The notes: generated from the letters alone by a model not told the origin. 64,000 nucleotides of DNA from Acidobacteriota bacterium (GCA_031361295.1 JANMCN010000229.1:5717-69716), one strand, 5' to 3'; positions 45,022 through 55,314 are shown, counted from the first letter of the stretch. Translations and numbers: made by a program.

Positions 45022-46354
45022 GCCGGAACAGGAAGATCCTCGTCGGTCTCGCGATCGTGCTCGCGCTCGGCGCGATTGCGTTCGCCAATGTCCGGTTCAA
45101 GCGCAACGATGGCATCGAGGTCACGACCGAACCGGTCAAGAAGCGCCACCTCGAAGCGATCGTGTCCGCGTCCGGAAAAATCCAGGCCAAGCGCGACGTC
45201 AACATCAGCGCCGACACGATGGGGCGCGTCACGGAGCTGGCCGTCGACGAGGGATACCGCGTCAGGAAGGGGCAGTTCCTGCTGCAGATCGACCCGCGCA
45301 ACCTGAAGACCGCGGTGCAGCGGACGGAGGCGTCCCTCGCCGCGGCCCGGTCGAACGCCGAGCAGGTGCGACTGGCGCTCGACAGCGCCAAGGTCGCCCT
45401 GAAACAGGCGCAGGACAACTACAAGCGCCAGCAGGATCTCTGGAAGGGCGGGCTCACCACCCGCGAGACCCTCGAGCGCGCCGAGAACGAACTCAGAGCC
45501 CGCCAGGCGGATCTCGCCTCACAGGAGCAGAACGTCCGTACGATGCAGCTCCGCATGGAGTCCGAGAGCGCCACCGCCGCGAGCGCGAAGTACGACCTGA
45601 GCAAGGTCCGCATCGAATCACCGATCGACGGCATCGTGACCCGCCGGAACATCGAGGCGGGTGAAACGGTCGTCATCGGGACCATGAACAACGCCGGAAC
45701 GGTGCTGCTCACGATTGCCGACATGTCCGTCATCCAGGCGGAAGTCGAGGTGGACGAGACCGACATCCCGTCGCTGCGCATCGGGCAGCCGGCGAAGGTC
45801 AAGATCGACGCCATGCCGGGGCAGACGTTCACGGGCAAAGTGACGGAGATCGGCAACAGCCCCATCCAGGCAGCCACCGGCGCGTCGACCACTCAGGCGA
45901 CTAACTTCAAGGTCGTGGTGACACTGGACAAGGAAATCCCCGAAGTGCGGCCCGGCTTCACGTGCACGGCAGAAATCACGACGGCCGTCCGGGACGGCGC
46001 CGTCACGGTGCCCATCCAGGCGACGACCGTGCGTGAGATGATCCTCGACGAGAAGGGCGGCATCGTCCGTCCCCCGGACGCGGCGAAGGGCAAGCGTCGT
46101 TCGACGCCGGCTGCCGGCGCGGCTTCGACCGAGCTCGCGCCGGGGCAGACGCGCAAGGAGCTCGAAGGCGTGTTTGCGGTCCAGGACAGCAAGGCGGTGT
46201 TCATGCCGATCAAGACGGGCATCGCGGGGGAAAAGTACTTCGAGGTGCTGTCGGGGCTCAAAGAAGGCGATGCGGTCATCACGGGACCGTTCGCGTCGGT
46301 GCGCTCACTCGCGGAGGGAGCCGCGGTGAAGCCCGCAACGACGCCAGTCAAGCC

Positions 46355-46358
<4 letters not shown>
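45018..46358 (+). CDS. HlyD/MacA-type periplasmic adaptor (membrane fusion protein)
   Basis: The ATG at 45018 gives MSRNRKILVGLAIVLALGAIAF. A lipoyl-like region follows (VSASGKIQAKRDVNISADTMGRVTELAVDEGYRVRKGQFLLQID), then a long coiled coil and a beta-barrel (TGKVTEIGNSP). Confidence 0.85.
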
Positions 46359-47581
<1,223 letters not shown>

Positions 47582-47616
47582 GCTCGGGACTCGGGGACTG
47601 GAGACTGGGGACTTTG
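47582..47616. repeat. short direct heptad tract (GACTNGG x5) in the permease1 | permease2 gap
   Basis: It reads gctcggg actcggg gactgga gactggg gactttg. I could not see a convincing complementary arm in the rest of the 93-nt gap. Confidence 0.4.
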
Positions 47617-47674
47617 CACCAGACCCGTTAACTGCAGGCTGATAGCTTGACTGACTGAAAGCTGAGATCCAACT

Positions 47675-48982
47675 ATGGCCGCCCTGCGCTCCGGGTTACT
47701 CGGCGAAATCGTGACGATGTCGCTCGACACGCTGCGCACGAACAAGATGCGCTCGGCGCTGACGGTGCTCGGCGTCGTCATCGGCATCACGTCCATCGTC
47801 GGTATGACGTCGCTCCTGCGCGGGTTCGACAATTCGCTGCGCGACTCGATCAGCCAGCTCGGACCCGATACGATCATGGTGCAGAAGTGGGGCGCACTCA
47901 GCTTCGCGTCGGGAAAGAGCTTCCTCGAGGTCGCGCGCCGGCCCAACCTGTCGAGGGAAGATGCGCTGGCGATCGAGCGCGACTGCCCATCGGTGGCTCT
48001 CATAGATGTCTGGCTGGGAGCGATGGGAAACACTCAGTCCCGCATCTTCTACGGGCACGACAAAACGAAAACCATCGCGATCCTCGGCGCGACGGAGAAC
48101 TGGGCTGCGGTCAACTTCGCGAAGCTGGAAATGGGACGGCTCTTCCTGCCGTCCGAGGTCGAGCATCGCCGGCAGGTGGTCGTACTCGGGCAGTCCCCAT
48201 GGCAGTCGCTGTTCCCGAACATCGACCCGATCGGCAAAGTGGTGCGGATCGGCGGCAACGAGTTCACCGTCATCGGAGTCCTGGGCAAGCGGCCGAGCCC
48301 GGGCGGATTTTCGACCGGTGCTGACGACTTCGCCGTCATCCCGTTCAGTGCGCACGAAAAATTCTACGGCAAGGTGCTCAAGGGTTCGGCGAAGATCTCC
48401 GCGAACAGTTTCAATCCGGCGGTGTTCCGCACGGCCATGATCGCGGTGGTCCCGCGCGAAGGCATGCGCGACGACGCGATGCGCGAGGTGGAGGCGCTGA
48501 TGCGCATCCGCCACAAGCTCAATCTCGAGCAGCCCAACGATTTCGACCTCGTGACCCAGGATGCGATCCTGAAGGTGTGGGATCAGATCAGCCAGGCGAC
48601 GTTCCTGGGGCTCGTTGTCATCTCGTCAATCGCGCTGATGGTCGGCGGCATCGGCGTCATGGCAATCATGATGATCTCCGTCACCGAGCGCACGCGCGAG
48701 ATCGGCGTCCGCAAGGCGCTCGGTGCGCGCCGGCGGGAGATCCTGTGGCAGTTCCTGATCGAAGCGGCCTTCCTGACCTCCGCCGGAGGAGTCCTCGGAA
48801 TCATCTTCGGCAGCACAATCGGTCTTGTCGTGCACTGGCTCTCGGGATTCCCCGTGTCGCTGCCCTGGTGGTCGTTCGCCATCGGCATCGGCTTTTCCGC
48901 GACCATCGGGATCTTCTTCGGCCTGTTCCCCGCCATCAAGGCATCGCGGCTGGATCCGATCGAAGCGCTGCGGTACGAGTAG
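47675..48982 (+). CDS. MacB/FtsX-type ABC transporter permease 2 (paralogue)
   Basis: It has the same architecture, with TERTREIGVRKALGARRREI. Confidence 0.85.
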   Translation: MAALRSGLLGEIVTMSLDTLRTNKMRSALTVLGVVIGITSIVGMTSLLRGFDNSLRDSISQLGPDTIMVQKWGALSFASGKSFLEVARRPNLSREDALAIERDCPSVALIDVWLGAMGNTQSRIFYGHDKTKTIAILGATENWAAVNFAKLEMGRLFLPSEVEHRRQVVVLGQSPWQSLFPNIDPIGKVVRIGGNEFTVIGVLGKRPSPGGFSTGADDFAVIPFSAHEKFYGKVLKGSAKISANSFNPAVFRTAMIAVVPREGMRDDAMREVEALMRIRHKLNLEQPNDFDLVTQDAILKVWDQISQATFLGLVVISSIALMVGGIGVMAIMMISVTERTREIGVRKALGARRREILWQFLIEAAFLTSAGGVLGIIFGSTIGLVVHWLSGFPVSLPWWSFAIGIGFSATIGIFFGLFPAIKASRLDPIEALRYE

Positions 48983-49028
48983 CTTCCGGCTACCAGCTTC
49001 CAGCTCGGAGCTCCCGCGCTCGGGCGCC
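48981..49028. repeat. left (pyrimidine-type) AGCT-core heptad arm upstream of the four-helix-bundle gene
   Basis: It reads agcttcc ggctacc agcttcc agctcgg agctccc gcgctcg ggcgcc. Positions 48993-49015 are complementary at 21/23 positions to 49510-49532. Confidence 0.8.
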
Positions 49029-49087
49029 AATGGGACATCCACTGAGTACCGTCTTTGCACACGCCCGACCGTTCAAGGACCGACGCG

Positions 49088-49456
49088 ATGCAGGACTATC
49101 GCAACTTGCATGTGTGGCAGAAGGCCCACGCTCTGGCGGTGGCGACGTACGGAATTTCTGCGTACTTACGGCAGGCTGAGGCTTGGCCATTACGCGACCA
49201 GGTGTTTCGTGCCGCTATTTCGATCCCCTCCAACATCGCCGAAGGTGCCGGTAGAGGCTCAGACCTGGACTTCAGGCGGTTTCTCCTTCACTCGTTGGGA
49301 TCCTGCAATGAACTTGAGTATGATTTGCTTCTTGCGCGGGAGTTGGGATTCCTGCCATCTCCCGTCCAGACCAAGCTTGCGGGCGAACTCGAGGAGGTTC
49401 GACGGATGCTCTCCAGCCTCGTCCAGCGTCTGACCCCCCGGAAGCTACGAGTCTGA
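49088..49456 (+). CDS. four-helix-bundle protein (23S rRNA intervening-sequence protein / Avd family)
   Basis: MQDYRNLHVWQKAHALAVATYGISAYL...SIPSNIAEGAGRGSDLDFRRFLLHSLGSCNELEYDLLLAREL is the characteristic family pattern. The start is the ATG at 49088. The track start at 49055 is a TTG. Confidence 0.85.
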   Translation: MQDYRNLHVWQKAHALAVATYGISAYLRQAEAWPLRDQVFRAAISIPSNIAEGAGRGSDLDFRRFLLHSLGSCNELEYDLLLARELGFLPSPVQTKLAGELEEVRRMLSSLVQRLTPRKLRV

Positions 49457-49504
49457 AGATTACGCAGGACACGCAGTCGCCCGGAGCTTGCACCAAACGC
49501 GGGA

Positions 49505-49544
49505 CTGCTGGGAGCTGGGAGCTGGAAGCTGGAAGCCCGGAGGG
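49505..49544. repeat. right (purine-type) AGCT-core heptad arm downstream of the four-helix-bundle gene
   Basis: It reads ctgctgg gagctgg gagctgg aagctgg aagcccg gaggg and ends 6 nt before the EF-G-like ATG. Confidence 0.8.
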
Positions 49545-49550
49545 TAAGCC

Positions 49551-51650
49551 ATGAGAGTCTATGATGCGCCGAGCATCCGGAACATCGCCCTTGTGGGCCA
49601 CAGCGGCGCCGGTAAGACACAGCTCGTATCGGCGCTGCTCTTCGATGCCGGGGCCGTCCCCCGACTCGGGCGCGTGGACGACGGGACGACGGTCACGGAT
49701 TACGACGAAGAGGAAATCGCCAGGAAACACACCCTGGCGTGCAGCCTCGCCTACCTCGAGTGGAATAAACACAAAGTCAATCTGATCGACACGCCCGGCA
49801 TGGCGAACTTCCTGAGCGATGCGCGGGCGGGCCTCCGGGTGGCGGACGCCGCCCTCGTCGTCGTGGACGCGGTGCACGGCGCGGAAGTATCCACTGAAAA
49901 AGTGTGGGCCGCGGCGGAGGAGCTCCAGCTCCCCCGGATCATCGCGCTCAACAGGCTCGATCGGGAGCGCGCCAGCCTCGAGCGTTCGATCGAGTCGCTG
50001 CGTGCGGCCTTCGGCCGGGCGGTCGTGCCGCTGCAGCTGCCGGTCGGCGAGGACAGGGGGTTCCGCGGCGTCGTCGACCTCGTCTCGATGAAGGCGTGGA
50101 CGTTTGCCACGGACGAGAGCGGCAGGCCGTCGCCGTGCGACATCCCGGGCACGATGCGCGAGCCGGCGCAAGCCGCGCGCGACGTCCTCATCGAGATGGT
50201 CGCCGAAGCGGACGACGGACTGATGGAGAAGTTCTTCGACGCCGGCACCTTGACGCAGGAGGAGCTCGTCGGAGGACTGAAACGCGCCATCGCGGCGTCG
50301 CGGATCTTTCCCGTCCTGTGCACGTCCGCCCAGGCGAACGCGGGCATGCAGCCGCTGCTCGATGCGCTGATCGAATACGTGCCCTCGCCCGCGGAGCGCC
50401 ACGTGCGCGGCTTCAGGCCCGGCACCGAGAACGTCGTCGATGTGGCGCCCGCCGAAGGGGCGCCGGCGTCGGCATTCATCTGGAAGACCGTGGCTGACCC
50501 CTTTGCCGGGCGGATCACCATGTTCAGAGTGATCACCGGATCGCTCAAGGCCGATTCCACCGTCCAGAACGTCACGAGGAACACCACTGAGCGGCTCGGG
50601 CACCTCGTGCTGCTGCAGGGCAAGACGCAGACGGCGGTCCCGGAGATCAAGGCCGGAGACCTCGGCGCGGTTGCGAAGCTCAAGGAGAGCCAGACGAACG
50701 ATCTCATTGCCGACCGGCCGCCGGCGTTCACCCTGCCGGCGATCACGTTCCCGGCGCCGGTCCTCGCGTACGCGATCGAGCCGAAGAGCCGCGCCGACGA
50801 GGAGAAGATCAGCACGGCCCTCCACCGGCTGCAGGAAGAGGATCCGACCGTGAACTACACGCGCGATGCGCAGACGAAGGAACTGCTCATCGCGGGCCAG
50901 GGACAGTCGCACATCGAAGTCACCGTCGCGAAGCTGAAGCGGCGGTTCGGAGTCGAGGTGATCCTGAAGCTCCCGCGCATCGCGTATCGCGAGACGATCA
51001 CCGCGTCGGCGGAAGCGCACGGCCGGCACAAGAAGCAGACCGGCGGGCACGGACAGTTCGGCGACTGCAAGGTGAAGTTCGACCCTCTGCCGCGCGGCGC
51101 CGATTTCGAGTTCGTCGACGATATTTTCGGCGGCTCGATTCCGCGGCAGTTCATCCCCGCCGTCGAGAAGGGCATCCAGGACGCGCGCCTTCGCGGCTTC
51201 CTCGCCGGATTCCCGATGGTCGATTTCCGCGCGACCGTGTTCGACGGATCGTTCCACGCCGTGGATTCCAACGAGCTGTCCTTCAAGATGGCCGGCTCGC
51301 TCGCGTTCAAGGACGGCATGTCGAGGGCCAGGCCCACGCTGCTCGAGCCGGTGATGGACGTCGAAGTCTATGCGCCGAGCGACTATGCGGGAGACCTGAT
51401 GGGCGATCTGAACAGCCGGCGCGGGCGGATTGGCGGGATGGACACGCGTGGCACGGCGACGATCATCCGGGCCAAGGTCCCGATGTCCGAGATGCTGACG
51501 TACGAGCAGCACCTCACGTCAGCGACGGGAGGGCGGGGGTCGTACCACATGACGTTCTCCCACTACGAGGAGGTCCCGTCACACCTGCACGGAAAGATCA
51601 TCGCCGCCGCACGCGCGGAGCGGGGGCACGAAGCGGCGGAGGAAGTGTAA
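49551..51650 (+). CDS. elongation factor G family GTPase (EF-G paralogue outside the str operon)
   Basis: G1 is VGHSGAGKTQL and G3 is LIDTPGMANF. Domains II-V follow (TMFRVITGSLK..., HGRHKKQTGGHGQFGDCKV, SFHAVDSNELSFKMAG). Confidence 0.9.
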   Translation: MRVYDAPSIRNIALVGHSGAGKTQLVSALLFDAGAVPRLGRVDDGTTVTDYDEEEIARKHTLACSLAYLEWNKHKVNLIDTPGMANFLSDARAGLRVADAALVVVDAVHGAEVSTEKVWAAAEELQLPRIIALNRLDRERASLERSIESLRAAFGRAVVPLQLPVGEDRGFRGVVDLVSMKAWTFATDESGRPSPCDIPGTMREPAQAARDVLIEMVAEADDGLMEKFFDAGTLTQEELVGGLKRAIAASRIFPVLCTSAQANAGMQPLLDALIEYVPSPAERHVRGFRPGTENVVDVAPAEGAPASAFIWKTVADPFAGRITMFRVITGSLKADSTVQNVTRNTTERLGHLVLLQGKTQTAVPEIKAGDLGAVAKLKESQTNDLIADRPPAFTLPAITFPAPVLAYAIEPKSRADEEKISTALHRLQEEDPTVNYTRDAQTKELLIAGQGQSHIEVTVAKLKRRFGVEVILKLPRIAYRETITASAEAHGRHKKQTGGHGQFGDCKVKFDPLPRGADFEFVDDIFGGSIPRQFIPAVEKGIQDARLRGFLAGFPMVDFRATVFDGSFHAVDSNELSFKMAGSLAFKDGMSRARPTLLEPVMDVEVYAPSDYAGDLMGDLNSRRGRIGGMDTRGTATIIRAKVPMSEMLTYEQHLTSATGGRGSYHMTFSHYEEVPSHLHGKIIAAARAERGHEAAEEV

Positions 51651-51660
51651 GCGACCTTGG

Positions 51661-52293
51661 CTACGCTCCGCCGGACTTGCGCGGCGCGCGCGGAGCCGAG
51701 GCTTTGCCCTTGGTCGTGGCGCGGCCTCCCTTGTCGCTCTTCAACTGGCGCTGCGGCTTGGCCTTGTTCTCGGTTGGCTCGTCGCCGCCTTCGTCGCCTT
51801 CCGCCTTCTTGCCTCGAAGCCGCTCGGCCGCCGCGCGCAGCCGGCCGCCGACGCCCTTCGGCTTCGCCTTGCCGGCCTCGGTCTTCTCAGCCTCGGCATT
51901 CGGGTTGAACTCACTCCCCACGAGCTCGATTTGCGCGACCTCCGCGCTGTCGCCCCGCCGGAAGCCAATCCGCAGAATTCGCGTGTAGCCGCCCGGCCGG
52001 CCTTCGAACCTCGGCGCGATGGTGTCGAACAGCTTGCCCACGACGTCGCGGTCCTGGATGTCTCGCAGGACGAGCCGCCGCGCGTGCAGCGACTTGCCGT
52101 TCGCATCTCCCGCCGCGAGCCCCCGCTTGGCGAGCGTGATGATCCGCTCGACGAACGGCCGCAGCTCCTTGGCCTTGGGCACCGTGGTTTCGATGCGCTC
52201 GTGGAGAATGAGCGCCGCGGCCTGGTTCCGCAGCATCGCGATGCGGTGCTCGGTGACGCGGCCGAGTTTCCGGTGACTGACTCTGTGACGCAT
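51661..52293 (-). CDS. rplQ: 50S ribosomal protein L17 with an ~85-aa basic low-complexity C-terminal extension
   Basis: It begins [37 protein letters not shown]. It follows rpoA. Confidence 0.97.
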   Translation of the reverse strand: MRHRVSHRKLGRVTEHRIAMLRNQAAALILHERIETTVPKAKELRPFVERIITLAKRGLAAGDANGKSLHARRLVLRDIQDRDVVGKLFDTIAPRFEGRPGGYTRILRIGFRRGDSAEVAQIELVGSEFNPNAEAEKTEAGKAKPKGVGGRLRAAAERLRGKKAEGDEGGDEPTENKAKPQRQLKSDKGGRATTKGKASAPRAPRKSGGA

Positions 52294-52324
52294 GATGTGT
52301 CTGTCCTACGCTAAGTCGGGATTT

Positions 52325-52410
52325 CAGCTCCCGCTGTCCGCTGTCAGTTCCTGGTCTGGGCCCGGCGAACCGGAACAGCAGGAACTGACAGCTGATGGCG
52401 GATCGCTGTG
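52325..52410. repeat. heptad-phased hairpin variant (rplQ | rpoA gap)
   Basis: It reads cagctcc cgctgtc cgctgtc agttcct g ... caggaac tgacagc tgatggc ggatcgc tgtgatc. A perfect 14-bp stem pairs 52340-52353 (gctgtcagttcctg) with 52379-52392 (caggaactgacagc). Confidence 0.7.
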
Positions 52411-52415
52411 ATCTG

Positions 52416-53399
52416 TTAGTCCTGCGCGTGCGCCGCCGGCTGATCCAGCCGCATGCCGAGGCTCAGCCCCATAACGGACAGGATCTCCTTGATCTCGTTG
52501 AGCGACTTCCTGCCGAAATTCTTCGTTTTCAGCATCTCCCCCTCGCTCTTCTGCACGAGCTCGCGGATGGTCCTGATGTTCGCGTTCTTCAGGCAGTTGT
52601 ACGACCGGACCGACAGCTCCAGCTCCTCGACGCTCTTGTCCAGGTTCTCGTTGAGCGCCGCCCGCGGCGTATCGGCGAGCGCATCGGTCTGCAGGTCGCC
52701 GACGTCCTCGAGGTTGATGAAGATGTTCAGGTGATCGCGGATCAGCTTTGCCGAGAGCGACACCGCGTCACGCGGCGTGACGGATCCGTTGGTCCAGACG
52801 TCCACGGTCAGCTTGTCATAGTCGGTCGTCTGGCCCAGCCGCGCGGCTTCCACCAGGTAATTGACCTTCTTGACGGGCGAGTGCACCGAGTCGATCGGAA
52901 TCCAGCCGATCCCGAGGTCTTCGTCGAAGTTCTTGTCCGCCGACACGTAGCCGCGCCCGCGCTTCACGCGCATCTCCATGTGGAGTTTGCCGCCCTCTGA
53001 CACGGTCGCGATGTGCGCGTCGGGCTCCAGGATTTCCACGTCGGCGTCGGTCTCGATGTCGCTCGCCTTGACGACTCCGGCCTTGTCGATCCGGAGGTAC
53101 AGCGTCTTGGTCGAGTCGACGTGCATCTTGAGCGGAACCTGCTTCAGGTTCAGGATGATGTCGGTCGCGTCCTCGGTGACGCCGGGGATGGGCGAGAACT
53201 CGTGCAGCACGCCGTCGATCTTGACCGCGGTCACGGCCGCGCCTTCAATCGAGGACAGCAGCACGCGCCGCAGCGCGTTGCCGACCGTCGTGCCGAACCC
53301 GCGCTCGAAGGGCTGGGCATAGAACCGGCCAAATCGATCCGTGAGCGTCTCGCGCTCGAACTCCAGCCGCTTCGGCCGCTGAAAACCTTTCCAGAGCAT
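52416..53399 (-). CDS. rpoA: DNA-directed RNA polymerase alpha subunit
   Basis: It reads [35 protein letters not shown], with the C-terminal domain [24 protein letters not shown]. Confidence 0.97.
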   Translation of the reverse strand: MLWKGFQRPKRLEFERETLTDRFGRFYAQPFERGFGTTVGNALRRVLLSSIEGAAVTAVKIDGVLHEFSPIPGVTEDATDIILNLKQVPLKMHVDSTKTLYLRIDKAGVVKASDIETDADVEILEPDAHIATVSEGGKLHMEMRVKRGRGYVSADKNFDEDLGIGWIPIDSVHSPVKKVNYLVEAARLGQTTDYDKLTVDVWTNGSVTPRDAVSLSAKLIRDHLNIFINLEDVGDLQTDALADTPRAALNENLDKSVEELELSVRSYNCLKNANIRTIRELVQKSEGEMLKTKNFGRKSLNEIKEILSVMGLSLGMRLDQPAAHAQD

Positions 53400-53446
53400 G
53401 GTGCTATCTGTCCTTTCAATCGGGCTCCCGACACGTGGGGGCCGCG

Positions 53447-53490
53447 CCAGACCTGCCGTTGACGTCCCTCGCCTCCCACCGCAGGTCTGG
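53447..53490. repeat. 10-bp perfect inverted repeat (rpoA | rpsD gap)
   Basis: ccagacctgc (53447-53456) pairs with gcaggtctgg (53481-53490), leaving a 24-nt loop. Confidence 0.6.
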
Positions 53491-53508
53491 AATGGCTGCG
53501 GGCGAAGG

Positions 53509-53580
53509 ACGTGCTACGTGCAACGTGCTGCGTGCGACCTGCAACGTCCTGTTGCACGTCGTACGTTGCACGTAGCACGT
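53509..53580. repeat. heptad-phased palindromic array, ACGT-core variant (rpoA | rpsD gap)
   Basis: It reads acgtgct acgtgca acgtgct gcgtgcg acctgca acgtcct gttgcac gtcgtac gttgcac gtagcac gt. The outer 18 bp are a perfect inverted repeat: acgtgctacgtgcaacgt (53509-53526) with acgttgcacgtagcacgt (53563-53580). Confidence 0.9.
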
Positions 53581-53581
53581 T

Positions 53582-54211
53582 TTATTTGCTGTACAACTCG
53601 ACGATGAGCTGCTCCTGCACGGGCAGGTTGATCTGCTCGCGGGTCGGGAGCGAGGCGATGCGACCCGTCAGCTGACCGGCGTCGAACAGCAGCCACTCGG
53701 GGATGCCGCGCCCCTTCACTTCCTCCATGGCGTGCACAATCGCGGTGTTCTGCGCGCTCGTGCCGCGAACCGACACGACGTCACCCGCCTTCAGCGAGTA
53801 AGACGGGACGTCGACCTTCCGCCCGTTCACCATGAAGTGGCCGTGGCGCACGAGCTGCCGCGCCTGGGCGCGGGAGGTGGCCAGCCCGAGCCGGTAGATG
53901 ACGTTGTCGAAACGCCGCTCGAGCAGCTGCAGCAGCGTCTCGCCCGTGATGCCCCGCGTGCGATCCGCCATCTCGAAATAGCGGCGGAACTGATTCTCGA
54001 GGACCCCGTAGATGCGCTTGACCTTCTGCTTTTCGCGCAGCTGGAGTCCGTAGCCCACGAGTTTCGCCTTCCGGAGCTTGCCGTGCTGCCCGGGGGGCAG
54101 GTTGCGCTTCTCGATCGCGCACTTCTCCGTGTAGCAGCGCTCCCCCTTGAGGAAGAGCTTCATGCCTTCGCGCCGGCAGAGCCGGCAGACGGGACCGATA
54201 TAACGTGCCAT
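53582..54211 (-). CDS. rpsD: 30S ribosomal protein S4
   Basis: It begins [26 protein letters not shown]. Confidence 0.97.
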   Translation of the reverse strand: MARYIGPVCRLCRREGMKLFLKGERCYTEKCAIEKRNLPPGQHGKLRKAKLVGYGLQLREKQKVKRIYGVLENQFRRYFEMADRTRGITGETLLQLLERRFDNVIYRLGLATSRAQARQLVRHGHFMVNGRKVDVPSYSLKAGDVVSVRGTSAQNTAIVHAMEEVKGRGIPEWLLFDAGQLTGRIASLPTREQINLPVQEQLIVELYSK

Positions 54212-54224
54212 TTTGATCCTTGTC

Positions 54225-54360
54225 GCTTCCAGTAACCAGCTTCCAGCTTCCGGCCTTCAGCTTTCCGTCCCAACCGCAACCCGACGCTTCCGCGACTGTC
54301 CCAGGTGATCCTGTCCGACCGTAGCCGGAAGCTGGAAGCTGGAAGCCGGAAGCTGGTTCC
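54225..54360. repeat. heptad-phased palindromic array, AGCT-core family (rpsD | rpsK gap)
   Basis: The left arm gcttccagtaaccagcttccagcttccggccttcagctttcc and the right arm gtagccggaagctggaagctggaagccggaagctggttcc are separated by a ~54-nt loop. The perfect 18-bp core pairs 54236-54253 with 54325-54342. Confidence 0.9.
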
Positions 54361-54816
54361 CTACACTCGTCTCCGCTTCGCCGGGCGGCACCCGTTGTGC
54401 GGAATCGGCGTGACGTCGCGGATCGACTTCACGTCGATCCCGATCGTCTGCAGGGCGCGAATGGCCGACTCGCGGCCTGCGCCAGGCCCCTTGACCCGCA
54501 CCTCGACGCTGCGCATGCCGAACGCCTTGGCGGCGTTGCCGGCCGCAATCGCGGCCTGCGTCGCTGCGAACGGCGTCCCCTTGCGCGAGCCCTTGAAGCC
54601 GATGCCGCCGGCGCTCGACCATGCGACCACGGCCCCCTCGGGATCCGTAATCGTGATGATGGTGTTGTTGAAGGAGGCCTGGATGTGCGCGAACCCGTGG
54701 TGCACGATCCGCTTCTCGCCCCGCTTCTTGAACGCCTTCTTCTTGACGGGCCGACCTGCGCCCTTTTTTCCGCCTTCGGGCGGCGCCGACGCGTCGATGG
54801 TTTCGATTTTGGCCAT
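54361..54816 (-). CDS. rpsK: 30S ribosomal protein S11
   Basis: It reads [27 protein letters not shown]...RPAKRRRV. Confidence 0.97.
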   Translation of the reverse strand: MAKIETIDASAPPEGGKKGAGRPVKKKAFKKRGEKRIVHHGFAHIQASFNNTIITITDPEGAVVAWSSAGGIGFKGSRKGTPFAATQAAIAAGNAAKAFGMRSVEVRVKGPGAGRESAIRALQTIGIDVKSIRDVTPIPHNGCRPAKRRRV

Positions 54817-54821
54817 AAACT

Positions 54822-54920
54822 CAGCTTCCAGTTTCCAGTTCCCAGCTACCAGCTGGAATGCTCATCCGCTCACATTGCTGCCGTCCGTTCCCAGCTGGAA
54901 GCCGGAAGCCGGAAGCCGAC
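54822..54920. repeat. heptad-phased palindromic array, AGCT-core family (rpsK | rpsM gap)
   Basis: It reads cagcttccagtttccagttcccagctaccagctgg ... ccagctggaagccggaagccggaagccgac. Confidence 0.85.
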
Positions 54921-54926
54921 AGCGGA

Positions 54927-55301
54927 CTACACCGTTTTCTTCTTCGCCACCGCGCCCTTGCGCGGGCCCTTGCGCGTGCGGGCGTTCGTCTTCGTGCGCT
55001 GACCGCGCACCGGCAGGTTCCGGCGGTGCCGCAGCCCGCGGTAGCTGCCGATCTCCATCAGCCGCTTGATGTTGAGCGAGATTTCCTTCCGCAGATCGCC
55101 TTCGACGCGCCCCTGCTCCTCGATCACCCGGCTGATCTTCCGGACGTCGTCTTCCGACAAATCCTTGATGCGGATGTCCGGGCTCACCCCCGCCGCCACC
55201 AGGATGTCGACCGAGCGCTTGCGCCCGATGCCGTAGATGTAAGTGAGCCCGATCTCGATGCGCTTGGCCCTCGGGAGATCGACGCCAGCAATACGTGCCA
55301 T
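54927..55301 (-). CDS. rpsM: 30S ribosomal protein S13
   Basis: It begins [26 protein letters not shown]. Confidence 0.97.
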   Translation of the reverse strand: MARIAGVDLPRAKRIEIGLTYIYGIGRKRSVDILVAAGVSPDIRIKDLSEDDVRKISRVIEEQGRVEGDLRKEISLNIKRLMEIGSYRGLRHRRNLPVRGQRTKTNARTRKGPRKGAVAKKKTV

Positions 55302-55314
55302 TCTTTGATCCTTG

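Larger units (their letters stand above)
48981..49544 (+). other. composite element: four-helix-bundle ORF bracketed by inverted AGCT-core heptad arms
   Basis: See the two arm features and the CDS at 49088-49456. The arms are complementary at 21/23 positions across ~490 nt. The whole unit occupies the gap between permease 2 and the EF-G-like gene. Confidence 0.5.

Noticed and set aside
49088-49456. The four-helix-bundle protein as the Avd component of a diversity-generating retroelement.
   Set aside because: No reverse transcriptase gene and no template/variable repeat pair is visible within several kb on either side. The neighbours are ABC permeases and an EF-G paralogue.
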